Of a stretch of DNA of 64,000 nucleotides, positions 28,658 to 39,765 are shown piece by piece. The translations under genes were made by a program, and so were the position numbers. Each line of letters opens with the position of its first letter. Position 1 is the first letter of the stretch. Source of the stretch: Candidatus Spongiisociaceae bacterium (lineage in GTDB: Bacteria; Actinomycetota; Acidimicrobiia; Spongiisociales; Spongiisociaceae). The notes beneath the pieces were generated by a model. It had not been told where the DNA came from. It ran no database searches and saw only the letters and a list, made by a program, of their open reading frames with translations. The DNA lies in assembly GCA_965262915.1 (NCBI GenBank), contig OZ253564.1:128001-192000 (forward strand), in the 5' to 3' direction.

Positions 28658-28843
28658 ATGAAGCCGGCGGTTGCCGTCCATGGAGCAGAAGAGGGTGGCT
28701 ACCGGGCAGAGGTACCGGCCATACCCGGTTGTGCTACACAGGGGGAGCCCTTCGAAGAGTTGCTGATCAACCTGTACGAAGCAGTCGAGGGTTGCCTATC
28801 CGTTGATGTGGGGGCTCGGGCTTCTGAATCTCCTCGTCCGTAG
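28658..28843 (+). CDS. hicB: HicB-family antitoxin (short, orphan, possibly degenerate)
   Basis: EEGGY.AEVPAIPGCATQGE.FEELL.NLYEAVEG. No hicA seen. Confidence 0.75.
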   Translation: MKPAVAVHGAEEGGYRAEVPAIPGCATQGEPFEELLINLYEAVEGCLSVDVGARASESPRP

Positions 28844-28873
28844 GCGAAGGTGGAGCGAGACAAGCGGGCCTTC

Positions 28874-29983
28874 TCAGTAGCCCCGGGCGTCGACGGGCCA
28901 GACGGCTTCGACCACCCCGTTGCGGACGCCGATGAGGTGGTCGTAGAGGTTGACCGTGGGGTCGCAGTTGACCGGTATCAGGCGGACCTGGCTGCCTAGC
29001 GGAGGGAGGGGGCCTTCGGAAGGGGCCAGCACGCCGTGTTCATCGGCGAACCGCTTGTAGAGCGCCTTGCCCCCCTTCACCAGCGGGAGGCCGTTGCCAA
29101 GGGAGACGGCCTTGAGGCCGGCGTCGACGATCGCTATACCCGGACGCCGGCTCATCACCGTGGCGAGGACGTAGAGGCCCACTTCGAAGTCCCGGAACGG
29201 GCCTCCCAGGCGGTCCCGGTTGGCGAGGTAGTCAGCGTCCATGAACACGTACGTGCCGGGCTGGATCTCGTTGTATACCGCGGAGGCGGCCTCGAGGTCG
29301 TAGGTTCCCGTCCCTCCACCGCTGACCACCTCGCAACGGATACCGTGACGGTCCAGCAGATCCACCGACCCCTGAACCAGGTCGATGTTGCGCTGCGTAG
29401 CGGCTAGCCGCGCGGAGTGATCCCTGACGTGCTGGGCAACTCCGTTGTAGGCCTGTATGCCCGCAAAGCGGACGGACGGAGTCGCTTCCACGCGCTGGGC
29501 CAGTCGGAGCAACGGTTGGCCCGGTGGCACCCCGGCCCGGTACTCGGCCGTGTTCATCTCCACCATCACCCCGAGGGATGAACCGGCCCGGCGAACCGAG
29601 CGGCCCAGGTCGTCGAGATTGCCCGGGTCGTCGACGCACACGGTGATCGTGGCGTCGCGTGCCAGACGGGCGACGCGCCGGAGTTTCCCCGGTCCTACCA
29701 CTTCGTTGGCGACGAGGACCTCACGGATACCTCCCGCCACCATGGCCTCGGCCTCGGAGACCGTCTGCACGCAGACCCCCACCGCACCCCGCTCCAGCTG
29801 CATGAGAGCGATGTTGACGCTCTTGTGGGTCTTGACGTGGGGTCGGAGAGCAACCCCGGCCCCTCGCGCCGCCGCCGCCATCCGATCGAGGTTCCGCTCC
29901 AACGCATCGAGATCGACCACCAAGGCCGGTGTGTCGATGTCAGGCTCGGAAAGGCCCGGGCGAGCCCGGCCTCCTCGGGACAT
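28874..29983 (-). CDS. DSD1-family fold-III PLP enzyme (D-threonine / hydroxyaspartate aldolase-like)
   Basis: TPALVVDLD, RPHVKTHKS, GGGTGT, EIQPGTYVFMD, DEHG and CDPTVN motifs. The ORF's 5' extension overlaps the next gene and was trimmed. Confidence 0.88.
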   Translation of the reverse strand: MSRGGRARPGLSEPDIDTPALVVDLDALERNLDRMAAAARGAGVALRPHVKTHKSVNIALMQLERGAVGVCVQTVSEAEAMVAGGIREVLVANEVVGPGKLRRVARLARDATITVCVDDPGNLDDLGRSVRRAGSSLGVMVEMNTAEYRAGVPPGQPLLRLAQRVEATPSVRFAGIQAYNGVAQHVRDHSARLAATQRNIDLVQGSVDLLDRHGIRCEVVSGGGTGTYDLEAASAVYNEIQPGTYVFMDADYLANRDRLGGPFRDFEVGLYVLATVMSRRPGIAIVDAGLKAVSLGNGLPLVKGGKALYKRFADEHGVLAPSEGPLPPLGSQVRLIPVNCDPTVNLYDHLIGVRNGVVEAVWPVDARGY

Positions 29984-30000
29984 CGAGCCCGGAAGGTCGA

Positions 30001-30891
30001 TCAGTCCTCCCCGACCCCGTAGAGGCGAGCGGCGTTGTCTCCCAGGTAGGCGTCGATGTCCTCGTCGGTGAGGTCCGGAAGCCCGGGAGCGATGTTGAGC
30101 TCTCTGGCCAGCCGCGGGAAGGACTTGATATACGGCACGTCCTCCCGGCAGTCGAAGTTGTCGGTGCCCCACAAGCACTTGTCCAGCACCATGAAGTGCT
30201 TGGCGTACTTGAGGAACCGCACGTTGGTCTCGAGCGGCTGCAGGAACCCCCACCATCCGGTGCCGGCGTACATGTTGGGGTTCTTGAGCATCATCATCAC
30301 GACTTCTTCGTAGTAGTTCTCCCCGGCATGCACGACGATGAGCTTCAGCTCGGGGACGCGCACCGCCACGTCGTCCAGGAGGAGGGGATGCTGGAGGGCC
30401 AGCCGACCGAACCCCGACCAGCCGGTGTGGACCTGGATGATCATCCCCAACTCGGCCGCCTTCTCGTAGATCGGCATGATGCGCTCGTCGTTGAGAGCGA
30501 TGCCGTAGCTGGGCGCCGGGGTCATCTTCATGCCGACGCCACCCATGGCGGTGATCTCCTCCATCTCCCGGAGGGAAGCGACGCCACCGAGCAGATCGAC
30601 GCTGCCCATCGGGATCAGGCGGTCGGGGAACTTGGCGCACTCCGAGATCACCCACTCGGTCGGGACGTGAGTGTTGAGGGCGGGCACCTTCACCGAGTGG
30701 CAGACCGCCATGTCCACCCCCGCCTCGTCCATGATCTCCACCATCTGCTCGGCGTTGGTCCCCTTAGTGAGCCCGGTCTTGGTACCGAGCCCCCGGGCGG
30801 CCCAGCCCGCCTTGTACATGGCGTCGTCCATAACGTCCTGGTCGCCCCAGTGCTCCGGCTTCGACAGCCAGACATGCGTGTCGATGATCAT
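30001..30891 (-). CDS. Amidohydrolase family protein, paralog 2
   Basis: Close paralog of 3836-4726. Confidence 0.9.
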   Translation of the reverse strand: MIIDTHVWLSKPEHWGDQDVMDDAMYKAGWAARGLGTKTGLTKGTNAEQMVEIMDEAGVDMAVCHSVKVPALNTHVPTEWVISECAKFPDRLIPMGSVDLLGGVASLREMEEITAMGGVGMKMTPAPSYGIALNDERIMPIYEKAAELGMIIQVHTGWSGFGRLALQHPLLLDDVAVRVPELKLIVVHAGENYYEEVVMMMLKNPNMYAGTGWWGFLQPLETNVRFLKYAKHFMVLDKCLWGTDNFDCREDVPYIKSFPRLARELNIAPGLPDLTDEDIDAYLGDNAARLYGVGED

Positions 30892-31056
30892 CCCGACCTC
30901 TCCATCCTCGCCCTATGTGCTCTTCGTATCACGGTACACCCGTGACGGGCATCCTTGCCAGCGTCGACGGTGGTCCGGCTACCGTGGAAAGTCGGGTGGG
31001 CCGCCGGGCAGCAACCGGTGTGCACCGCATCGACCACCGACCCGGAGGGAGGCGAC

Positions 31057-32757
31057 ATGAGTGCCATACAGGATGTGCGGGTGGGGGTCTCGGTCATGAT
31101 CGACGTCATGGTGCCGATGCGGGACGGCGTCGCCCTGTCGGCCGACATATACCTCCCGCCCGGCGACGGCCCGTTTCCCACGCTCCTGTGCCGCACCGTC
31201 TACGGGAAGCAGAGCGGAGAGATATGCACCGACCTGGCCTACCTCCAGGAGTGGGTACCGCGCTTCCTCGGCGGCGGCTATGCGGCGGTGATGCAGGACT
31301 GCCGGGGACGTTATGACTCGGGCGGCGACTACGTCCCCTACATCTACGAGGCACCCGACGGGGCCGACACGCTGGCCTGGCTGGCCGCCCAACCTTGGTG
31401 CGACGGCAACATCGGCATGTTCGGGCAGTCCTACGTGGCGTTTACCCAGCTCCAGGCGGCCCTATCGGGCAGTCCTGCTCTCAAGGGCATCCTGCCGGTG
31501 GGTAACCAGGAGGACAACTTCGGCTACTTCCTGATGGACGGGGGTGTGCTCCAGCTGCAGAACTTCGTATGGGGCATCAACAGCGGCCGGCGCACGATGA
31601 ACTGCACCAGCTTCGAGTTCCTCGACGTCGAGGCCCTCTACCGTCACATGCCGCTGCGGGAGGCGGTGTCGGGCATTTTCCGGCCCGCCTACTGGGGTTT
31701 CCTCGACCATCCCACCTTCGACGATTCGTGGCAGACCTACGGCCTCAAGGACAAGTACGGAATGATCGAGGTGCCCGCCCAATTCGTCACCGGCTGGTAC
31801 GACAACCTGTCACGAGAGGTCTTCAAGGCGTACACCGGCCTTAAGCGAGGGGGCGGGTCGGCGGCGGCCCGTGACCTGACCCGCATCATCATCGGCCCGT
31901 GGTCGCACGACCTGGACCGGGCCGACCGCAACGGTGACGTCGACCTCGGGCACGGAGGGGAGTTCGATCTGCCCGGTCTCCATCTCGACTGGTACGACCG
32001 CCGCCTCAGGGGTATCGAAAACGGTGTGGACGATGAACCACCGGTGCGGATCTACGTGATGGGCGACGCCGAGTGGCGCAGCGAGACCGAATGGCCCCTG
32101 GCCCGCACCGAGTACCGCCCCCTCTACCTGCACGGCGAAGGCAACGCCGGATCGCTCGCCGGCAACGGGAGAGTGTCGTTGGACCCCCCGGCCGATGAAC
32201 CGCCCGACCGCTTCGTGTACGACCCGGAGAACCCCATTCCCACCCTGGGTGGGTGTGACGTGATGCTCGACAACGCCGGGCCCAAGGACCGTTCCGTCCT
32301 CCAGCAGCGGAACGACGTGCTCGTGTACAGCGGCGATCGGCTCGAGCACGATCTGGAGGTCACCGGCCCGGTGACGATGACCCTCTACGCCTCCAGCTCG
32401 GCGACCGATACGGACTTCACCGCCACCCTCTGCGATGTCCATCCGGACGGCCGGGCGATCATCGTATGCGAGGGAATCCGCCGGGCTCGCTACCGGGACT
32501 CGGTCACCGATCCGAAGCTCATGGCACCCGGTACTCCCTACGAGTTCACCATCGACATGTGGCAGACCAGCCAGGTCTTCAAGGCCGGGCACCGGATCCG
32601 GGTGGAGGTGTCGAGCAGCAACTTCCCGAGGTTCGATCGCAATCCCAACATGGGTGGTGAGCTGTGGAACGAGACATCCATGCAGCCGGCAACCCAGACG
32701 GTGTTCCACGACCGGGACCACCCCAGCCACGTGCTCCTTCCGGTCATCCCCCGTTGA
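31057..32757 (+). CDS. CocE/NonD family hydrolase
   Basis: PMRDG, GQSYVA, GWYD, GPWSH and SSSNFPRFDRN motifs. Confidence 0.93.
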   Translation: MSAIQDVRVGVSVMIDVMVPMRDGVALSADIYLPPGDGPFPTLLCRTVYGKQSGEICTDLAYLQEWVPRFLGGGYAAVMQDCRGRYDSGGDYVPYIYEAPDGADTLAWLAAQPWCDGNIGMFGQSYVAFTQLQAALSGSPALKGILPVGNQEDNFGYFLMDGGVLQLQNFVWGINSGRRTMNCTSFEFLDVEALYRHMPLREAVSGIFRPAYWGFLDHPTFDDSWQTYGLKDKYGMIEVPAQFVTGWYDNLSREVFKAYTGLKRGGGSAAARDLTRIIIGPWSHDLDRADRNGDVDLGHGGEFDLPGLHLDWYDRRLRGIENGVDDEPPVRIYVMGDAEWRSETEWPLARTEYRPLYLHGEGNAGSLAGNGRVSLDPPADEPPDRFVYDPENPIPTLGGCDVMLDNAGPKDRSVLQQRNDVLVYSGDRLEHDLEVTGPVTMTLYASSSATDTDFTATLCDVHPDGRAIIVCEGIRRARYRDSVTDPKLMAPGTPYEFTIDMWQTSQVFKAGHRIRVEVSSSNFPRFDRNPNMGGELWNETSMQPATQTVFHDRDHPSHVLLPVIPR

Positions 32758-32944
32758 ACCTGAATCCACCGACTCGTCATCGTGAATCAGCCTGGCCAGG
32801 TCATCTCTGTGGTATCCGAATCACGGACCGTTTCCTTGCCATCCAGGGCCGAAGCCGCCCTAGCCTTGGCTATCGTCGCAGATCAGAAGGACTTTCTATG
32901 TGTATCCACCCCTCCGGTGATGCACCCCCGCCGGTGGATTCAGG

Positions 32945-33418
32945 TTGAAGGAGTTCCGGCTTGCTCCCTGGATCCTGCTAGGAGTCCTGCTGTCGTCCGG
33001 GTGCCACGGGACCGGCGCCGCAGTCCAGGATCAACCGTCCACCACAGCCAAGGTCCAGGATCAACCGTCCACCACAGCCAAGGTCGAGGAGTGCTCCTGG
33101 TGTCCGGCCCCGGACGCGTTCGGAAGCACGGCCGTGGGGCAGCCAGCCTCGTCACAACCCGATCTCATGGATCGACTGCAGTCGACGGCCGGGGGCACCG
33201 CCTTTGCGGATGTCAGCGAGGACCAACTGCTGTCCGACATCCGCGCCGTCTGCGAGGCTTGGGCGGGTGACACGTCTCTGGAGGATACGACAGCCCGGGT
33301 TACTCTCGCTCGCGCCGGACTGCTGGGCGGGTCCGAATCGGAACCGGGACTGGCGGCCTACACGCAACTTCTGGAGACCAGCGCCGATCAACGCTGCCTC
33401 CGCGACCCGACACGCTGA
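32945..33418 (+). CDS. Hypothetical lipoprotein with a 30-bp tandem duplication
   Basis: Lipobox LSSGC; VQDQPSTTAK x2. Confidence 0.6.
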   Translation: MKEFRLAPWILLGVLLSSGCHGTGAAVQDQPSTTAKVQDQPSTTAKVEECSWCPAPDAFGSTAVGQPASSQPDLMDRLQSTAGGTAFADVSEDQLLSDIRAVCEAWAGDTSLEDTTARVTLARAGLLGGSESEPGLAAYTQLLETSADQRCLRDPTR

Positions 33419-33420
33419 TT

Positions 33421-33443
33421 TCAGTTGTCAGTTGTCAGTTGTC
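33421..33443. repeat. (TCAGTTG)x3 heptamer array
   Basis: Seen immediately after the lipoprotein stop codon. Confidence 0.75.
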
Positions 33444-33598
33444 TGAACCGCCCCGACACCACCCCACAAGCCCCTACAACCCCAAACCGGCCACCCCCCA
33501 GTATGAGTGAATCAGGGCTAGGTATCCTGAACGCGGCTCGGCATCGTCGCTCGCGATCCGGGCAGAGCACGCGCAAACGCTTGAATGGGGAGCATCCC

Positions 33599-34501
33599 AT
33601 GATTATTGACACCCACGTCTGGCTGTCGAAGCCGGAGAGTTGGGGCGACCTGACCATGATGGACGACGCGATGATCGCTGCTGGTTGGACCGAGATCGGT
33701 GAGAAGACGGGCCTGAACCAGGGTATGAGCGGCGAAGAGATGGTCGCCCGTATGGACGAAGCAGGCGTCGACATAGCTATTAGTCACGCGATCAAGATGC
33801 CTCATCTGAACGCCCACGTGCCGTCCGAGTTCGTGGCGGGCGAGGTGGCCAAGTTCCCCGATCGGCTGATCGGCATGGGCAGCGTCGACCTCCTCGGCGG
33901 CCTCCCCGCGCTGCGGGAGATGGAAGAGATCACAGATATGGGTCTCATCGGCATGAAGATCACACCGGCGCCTGACTACGACATGGACCTCAACGACGAG
34001 CGGATCATGCCCATCTACGAGAAGGCCGAGGAGCTTGGGATGATCATCCAGGTCCACACCGGGTGGGCCGGATACGGGTTGTTGAGCCAGCAGCATCCCC
34101 TGCATCTGGACGAGGTTTCGGTTCGGTTCCCCGACTTGAAGCTGATCGTGGTCCACGCCGGATTCAACTACTACGAAGAAGTCGTGATGATGATGCTAAA
34201 GAACCGCAACATGTACGCCGGGACCGGCTGGTGGGGGTTCCTCCAACCGTTGGAGACCAACGTGCGGTTCTTGAAGTACGCCAAACACTTCAAGGTCCTC
34301 GACAAGTGTCTCTGGGGCACCGACAACTACGACTGCCGCGAAGACGTCCCTTACATCAAGTCCTTCCCCCGCCTCGCCAAGGAGCTCAACATCGCCCCCG
34401 GCCTCCCCGACCTCACCGGCGACGACATCGACGCCTACCTCGGCAACAACGCAGCCCGCCTCCTCCAACTCGGCGGCTCCGATAAGGATCAGCAGAACTG
34501 A
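33599..34501 (+). CDS. Amidohydrolase family protein, paralog 3
   Basis: Close paralog of 3836-4726 and 30001-30891. Confidence 0.9.
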   Translation: MIIDTHVWLSKPESWGDLTMMDDAMIAAGWTEIGEKTGLNQGMSGEEMVARMDEAGVDIAISHAIKMPHLNAHVPSEFVAGEVAKFPDRLIGMGSVDLLGGLPALREMEEITDMGLIGMKITPAPDYDMDLNDERIMPIYEKAEELGMIIQVHTGWAGYGLLSQQHPLHLDEVSVRFPDLKLIVVHAGFNYYEEVVMMMLKNRNMYAGTGWWGFLQPLETNVRFLKYAKHFKVLDKCLWGTDNYDCREDVPYIKSFPRLAKELNIAPGLPDLTGDDIDAYLGNNAARLLQLGGSDKDQQN

Positions 34502-34517
34502 GGGAAGCTGGTAGCTC

Positions 34518-35571
34518 ATGGCCACCGTGCGTACCGTCCTCGGCGAGATTTCACCGGATGACCTCGGCATCACATTGAGCCACGAGCACCTGCTGCTCGA
34601 CACGTCGCATCTGTTCTGGAACGAGCCTTCCCCAAGCGATCCTCCCGAGATCCACACTCTGGCAGCGGCCCCGGTGACCCCGGAGAGTTCCGACGACTTG
34701 GCCGCCCGCCCGTATCTCTCGAAGGACAACCTGCGGATGACCGAGCGCGATGTTGCGATCCGGGAGCTGTTGTTGTACAGGGATGCCGGGGGGAAGAGCT
34801 TTGTCGATGTCAGCGGCCGGATCCCCGGCTGGCACCCCGATGACCTCGTCGTTGCCAGCGAAGCCACCGGAGTCAACATCGTCGCCTCCACCGGCTGGTA
34901 TATCTCACCTGCCCACCCGCCAAGCCACGCCGAGGCCAGTGTGGACGAACTGGCGGAGATGCTGGTCAAACACATCGAGGTGGGTATCGAAGGCACCGAT
35001 GTGCGCGCCGGGGTGATCGGCGAGCTCGGCATGACCGAGCCGCTCCACCCCCAAGAAGAGAAAGTGCTCCGCGCCGGAGGCCGCGCCCAAGCACGAACCG
35101 GCGTTCCCTTGACCGTGCATCCCATGGTGTTCAAAAAAGAGGCCCACCAATACATCGACATCCTCGAGGCGGAAGGCGCCAACCTCGACAAGGTCTACAT
35201 CAGCCACATGGACGGCAGCTGCCCCGACTACGAGTACCACGAGTCCGTGATGGACCGGGGCGTCTCCATCGACTACGACCTCTTCGGAGACACATCGTGG
35301 AACGACGCGCACCTCCTTTTCGGAGGCGACCACTGGGTCTCGGACCACGAACGTCGTCGAAACGCTGGCCCGCCTCTGCGCCGACGGCTACAGCCAGCAA
35401 ATCATGCTCGCCCAGGATCGGTGTTTGAAAACGCACTGGGTCGCCTACGGCGGCAAAGGCTACGCGTATGTTCTCACCGAGATCGTTCCCCAACTCCTCG
35501 ACGCCGGTGTCACCCAAGACCAGATCGACGACATGCTCATCGAAAACCCGAAACGAATCCTCGCCGTCTGA
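34518..35571 (+). pseudogene. Phosphotriesterase-related gene with a +1 frameshift near 35355
   Basis: Paralog of 16748-17800. The homologous C-terminus (VETLARLCADG...NPKRILAV) is in another frame. Confidence 0.85.
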
Positions 35572-35614
35572 GGCCGTGCCGCAAGGCGCGGACAACACCG
35601 AGAGGAGACGAGCC

Positions 35615-35945
35615 ATGGCCACCGTCCGAACGGTCCTTGGCGAGATTCCTTCCGATGATCCCCATTCCTTCCGATGATCCCCGTGTATGCCTGCCCCACG
35701 AGCGCATCATGACCAACTCCAGTGACCTTTTCTGGGAGCCCCCCGGACAGGACGACCCGCCGGAGATCCAGGTGCTGGCGCACGCCCCACGTCACGCTCG
35801 GGAACCGCGACCTCGTTAACGAGCGGCCGTATGTCTGCAGGGACAACCTCAATCTGACGGACCTGCTTATTGCGATCCGGGAGCTGCAGTTGTACCGGGA
35901 TGCGGGGGGCACAGCTTCATCGATGTCGGCGGCTGGATCCCCGGC
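35615..35945 (+). pseudogene. Degraded 5' fragment of another PTER-like gene
   Basis: MATVRTVLGEI, LPHER, ERPYVCRDNL pieces in shifting frames; short tandem duplication TTCCTTCCGATGATCCCC. Confidence 0.8.
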
Positions 35946-36085
35946 GCCGGGCCAAGGGCAATCGTCATTGTTCAGCATTCTTCTAGGAATTGTCACACAG
36001 AAGTCTCCCAGCGAGGACGGCCCTGCCATAGATTACCGCGACGGCTAGTGAAGCCTCTCCCGCATTCATCGCCGTCGGATTCTGA

Positions 36086-38308
36086 CTACACCAGCTGCCT
36101 GGGGAATTCATGGTTCCATGACCGCTCGAATACGGGTCGCCCAGTTTCGTAGGCTATTGCACTGTTCGATACGAAGAACCGCTCTGAACTAGACCACATT
36201 CTGCCGTTGACCTCGAGCCGCGTTTGCCACTCGTTTCGTCCGATCTCGATTTCCCATTCTGTCTGGGCCTGCGCGGACAGCGGATCATAAGTGGCGATAC
36301 TGAACGTGTTTCTTTGGATGCCACCAAACTCCAGTCCACCTGCATGAAGTCTCTTCTTGTCGAAATCCTCCACGTATACCGTCGTCACTAAGCCTCTGCC
36401 GACGTCCCGAAACGTTTCTCGGCCTTGCGGTCCTCTCCGCAACACCTGCGTAGCGACCGGTTCGGCCCACTCCGCTTCCGGAAAGGCAACGATTTCCTCA
36501 CGGTTGTTCCACGACCTGAGCGGTACGTCGAGATGGCAATCCTTCGTCTTCACCGTCAAAGTGGCCATCTTCGGCGACGGCCAAAGCCATGGCCAATACG
36601 TCGGCGATATTGCCAAGCGCAGTCGGTGACCGGGTGGAACCGCATACCCAATCGCGTTCAGAGCTATCTCCACAGTCGTGAACTCATCCGAAACCAGTGG
36701 GGCGGGCACGTGATATCCATGCCGGTGTGTGAGGTTAAGCGGCTCTTCGGAAATGAGTGGGGAGTCGGGGATCTGCCAGGGGGAGTGGTAATCCACCAGA
36801 AGTGAGGAGGGGTCCTCCATAATCGGCTGTTGATAAGCGACATCCGAGGCAGGAGGACCCCTGTGGAAGCTGATCCTACGCGCATGTGCGAGAAGTTGGT
36901 AGGCCTAGGTGAGGTTGATCTGGTGGGGATCAACGACTCGGGTGAGGGTACACCGCTTGGGGTGGTGATCGGGTCCCGCAAGCCCCGGCCGGTGTGTGTG
37001 GCATGTGGCGGGTCGGTGTGGTCGAAGGGCTATCGGACGGTTGTGTTGGTGGATTTACCGGCGTTCGGCCGGCCTGTGCGGCTGCGGTGGCGGAAACGCC
37101 GGTGGACGTGCCCGAACCCCGACTGTGAGATCAGGTCGTTCATCGAACAAGACCCCACGATTGGTCCCCAACGGGCGTTGTTGACATCCCGAGCGGCGAG
37201 GTGGGTGACCGTCGGGGTGGGTGGGCGGGGCCGTTCGGTCGACGAGGTCGCCGCAGAGCTGGGTTGTGGGTGGCATACGGTGAACAACGAGGTCGTCCGC
37301 TGGGGCGAAGCACTCCTGGGGGCCGACACCGATCGGATAGGCGAGGTCGGAGCTGTGGGCATCGACAAGAAGCGTTGTTCTGGCGGAAAGGCCGGTGGCG
37401 AACCAAGGTCTGGTGCACCTCTGTCGTCGACGTGGGAGGCCACCAGCCGGTTCGACATAGTCCCTGGTAGAACAGCTGAAAGCGCCGCAGCCTGGTTCCG
37501 ATCCCAACCCCCCGAGTGGCTCGACGGGATCCGCTGGGCGGTGTTGGACATGTCCGGTCCTTACCGGAAGGCGTATAACCGGGTGCTCCCGAACGCTGTA
37601 CAGGTAGCAGACCCGTTTCACGTCATACGCCTCGCCAACCAGCGACTCGACGACCTACGACGCCGCACCCAGAACGAAACCCTCGGGCATCGAGGCCGCA
37701 AGGATGACCCGCTGTATCGGATACGCCGCCTCCTAACCGCCGCTTCCGAGAGGATCAGCGACCGGGGTCAAACCCGGCTGCGTGGTCTTTTGGATGCTGG
37801 TGACCCCCACGGGGAGGTACGCACAGCCTGGCACGCCAAGGAGACGGTACGAGGCATCTACGGGATCGAAAGTCCCGCCCTCGCTCTCCGATACACCCTC
37901 CAACTCGCAGACGACCTCCAACACGAATCCTGCCCACCCGAGATCAACAAGCTAGGTCGCACCATCACCCGCTGGACCCCCCAGATCACCAACTGGCACA
38001 TCTCGAAGGTAACCAACAGATGCCACCGAAGCCCTCAACAACCTCATCAAACGCATCAAACGAGCAGCGTTCGGGTTACCCAACTTCGCCAACTACCGAA
38101 TCCGCGCCCTCCTATATGCGGGGAAACCCAACTGGGACCTCCTCGCCACCGTCACTCCCCACTGAAATCCGAAGAGCCGGTTAAGCGCACCGCGCGTGAT
38201 CAGGGTCGAAGCTCCGGTATCCGATACGCTGCAAAGCCGGGCCATTACCAATGCGTTGGGTTGGTCGGCCGCGAGGCGTAGTCGGACGACTGGAAACCCA
38301 AGAATCTC
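36086..38308 (-). pseudogene. CocE/NonD (peptidase S15-type) C-terminal part, interrupted by ISL3
   Basis: EILGFPVVRLRLAADQPNALVMARL...TRGALN (38308-38180) joins LNLTHR...GHRLRLAISPTYWPW (left of 36740). Confidence 0.85.
36741..38178 (+). mobile_element. ISL3-family insertion sequence with frameshifted transposase
   Basis: IRs GGCTCTTCGGAAATGAGTGGGGAG / CTCCCCACTGAAATCCGAAGAGCC; 8-bp TSD GGTTAAGC at 36733-36740 and 38179-38186; zinc finger, LDM and DPFH motifs. Confidence 0.95.
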
Positions 38309-39480
38309 GCCGAGACGTCATCCGACGTGACCCGTCGCAACAGCTCACGAGAACACGGCCCCGAAAGCAAAAAGCCAACAACTGCATCGGAGATGTCACG
38401 CACCGTCACCCCGCCGCTGAGGTGGTCGTTGAACCAGCGCATGTGCCAGGCCCGCAGGTAATACGAGCCCACGATCCACCACGTGCCATCCCCCCAGTTG
38501 AACAACGTCAAGTCTCCTTTGAGCCGGCCGTCGTGGCCCAACATCGGGGCAAGCTTGATCCGCCCCGGTGCGGGCAACGCGCTGGCAAAGAGCCGATCGA
38601 GCCACGCCGCGGCGTCGGGACCGGTGACCTCGTACCGGGAGAACCCGGCAATATCGAGGATCCCCACACCGGAACGCACCTGGCGGCACTCTTCGCCGAC
38701 GATGTCAAACGCGTTGGAGCGGCGCAACGTCGGCACCTCCACGAAGCCCTCGGGGGCGAAGTAGATCGAGACCTCGAGACCATACGAGCACCCCCACTGC
38801 GCCCCCGCCGCGGTCATCGCATCGTACGCCGGGGCCATCCGCAGCGGCCGGCCCGCCCACAACTGCTCGTTCGGGTAGGTGATCACAAACCGACGCGAAT
38901 AGAACTGCCCGGTCATCTGGCGGATGTACTCACGGTTCTGGGCGAAGGACCCGAAACCGGCCACGTCCATCGCAAAGATGTCCTCCTCCGGCTCCCCCTC
39001 GATCATCCACTCCGCCATCGACTTGCCCACGCCGCCACCCTGGAGGAAACCGGCCATCACCGCACACGCCGACCAGTAGTTGCGCAACCCAGGCACCGGA
39101 CCCACCAGCGGGTTGCCGTCCGGTGAGAACGTGAACGCCCCGTTCACCCAGCGGCTGATACCGGTGTGCTCGAGGACCGGGTAGCGGGACATCGCAAACG
39201 ACAGCTCACTCGAGATCCGATCCACGTCCGGTGGGATCAACTCCAGGCCGTAATCCCACGGCGCACCATCCATGTTCCAATGCCGGTAATCGCGCTCATA
39301 GACCCCGACCAACACCCCCTGGAGCTCCTGACGCATATAGGTATACCCCTCCAAGTCGATCATCATCGGCACCTCGAAGTCGAGCGCCGCGATCTCGGGG
39401 ATCGTCTCGGTAACCAAATAGTGATGCTGCATCGGCGAGACAGCAAGCTCCACCCCCGCCATCCGTCCCACCTGCTTGGC
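38308..39480 (-). pseudogene. Internal duplicate fragment of the GcvT-family dehydrogenase
   Basis: Near-identical to 48986-50158; lacks both gene ends. Confidence 0.92.
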
Positions 39481-39760
39481 GGTCAGGCCGGAGCGCATCA
39501 TGCTCGAACCAGCGGACTCGGCGTCACCCGGCGAGGGGTCACGCGTCTACGGGCGCATCGAGGAGATCATCTATCTCGGTGCGGTCACCCACTTCCACCT
39601 CTCGACGCCGTCGTTGGGCCGTTTGTCGAGCCAGAAGCTGTCCGACGAGGTGGCGTCGTCCCTCCACGTCGGCCAGGACGTCGTCGCCTCGTGGAACCGC
39701 GAGCACTCGCTCGTGCTGCCCGGTGGAGGGGTCGACGAGGTCGAGGCGGCCGCCGGGTAA
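39476..39760 (+). pseudogene. C-terminal TOBE fragment of a PotA-like ABC ATPase
   Basis: AVRPERI...GRIEEIIYLG..T.F...VGQDVVASW; 5' part missing. Confidence 0.7.
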
Positions 39761-39765
39761 AGGGC

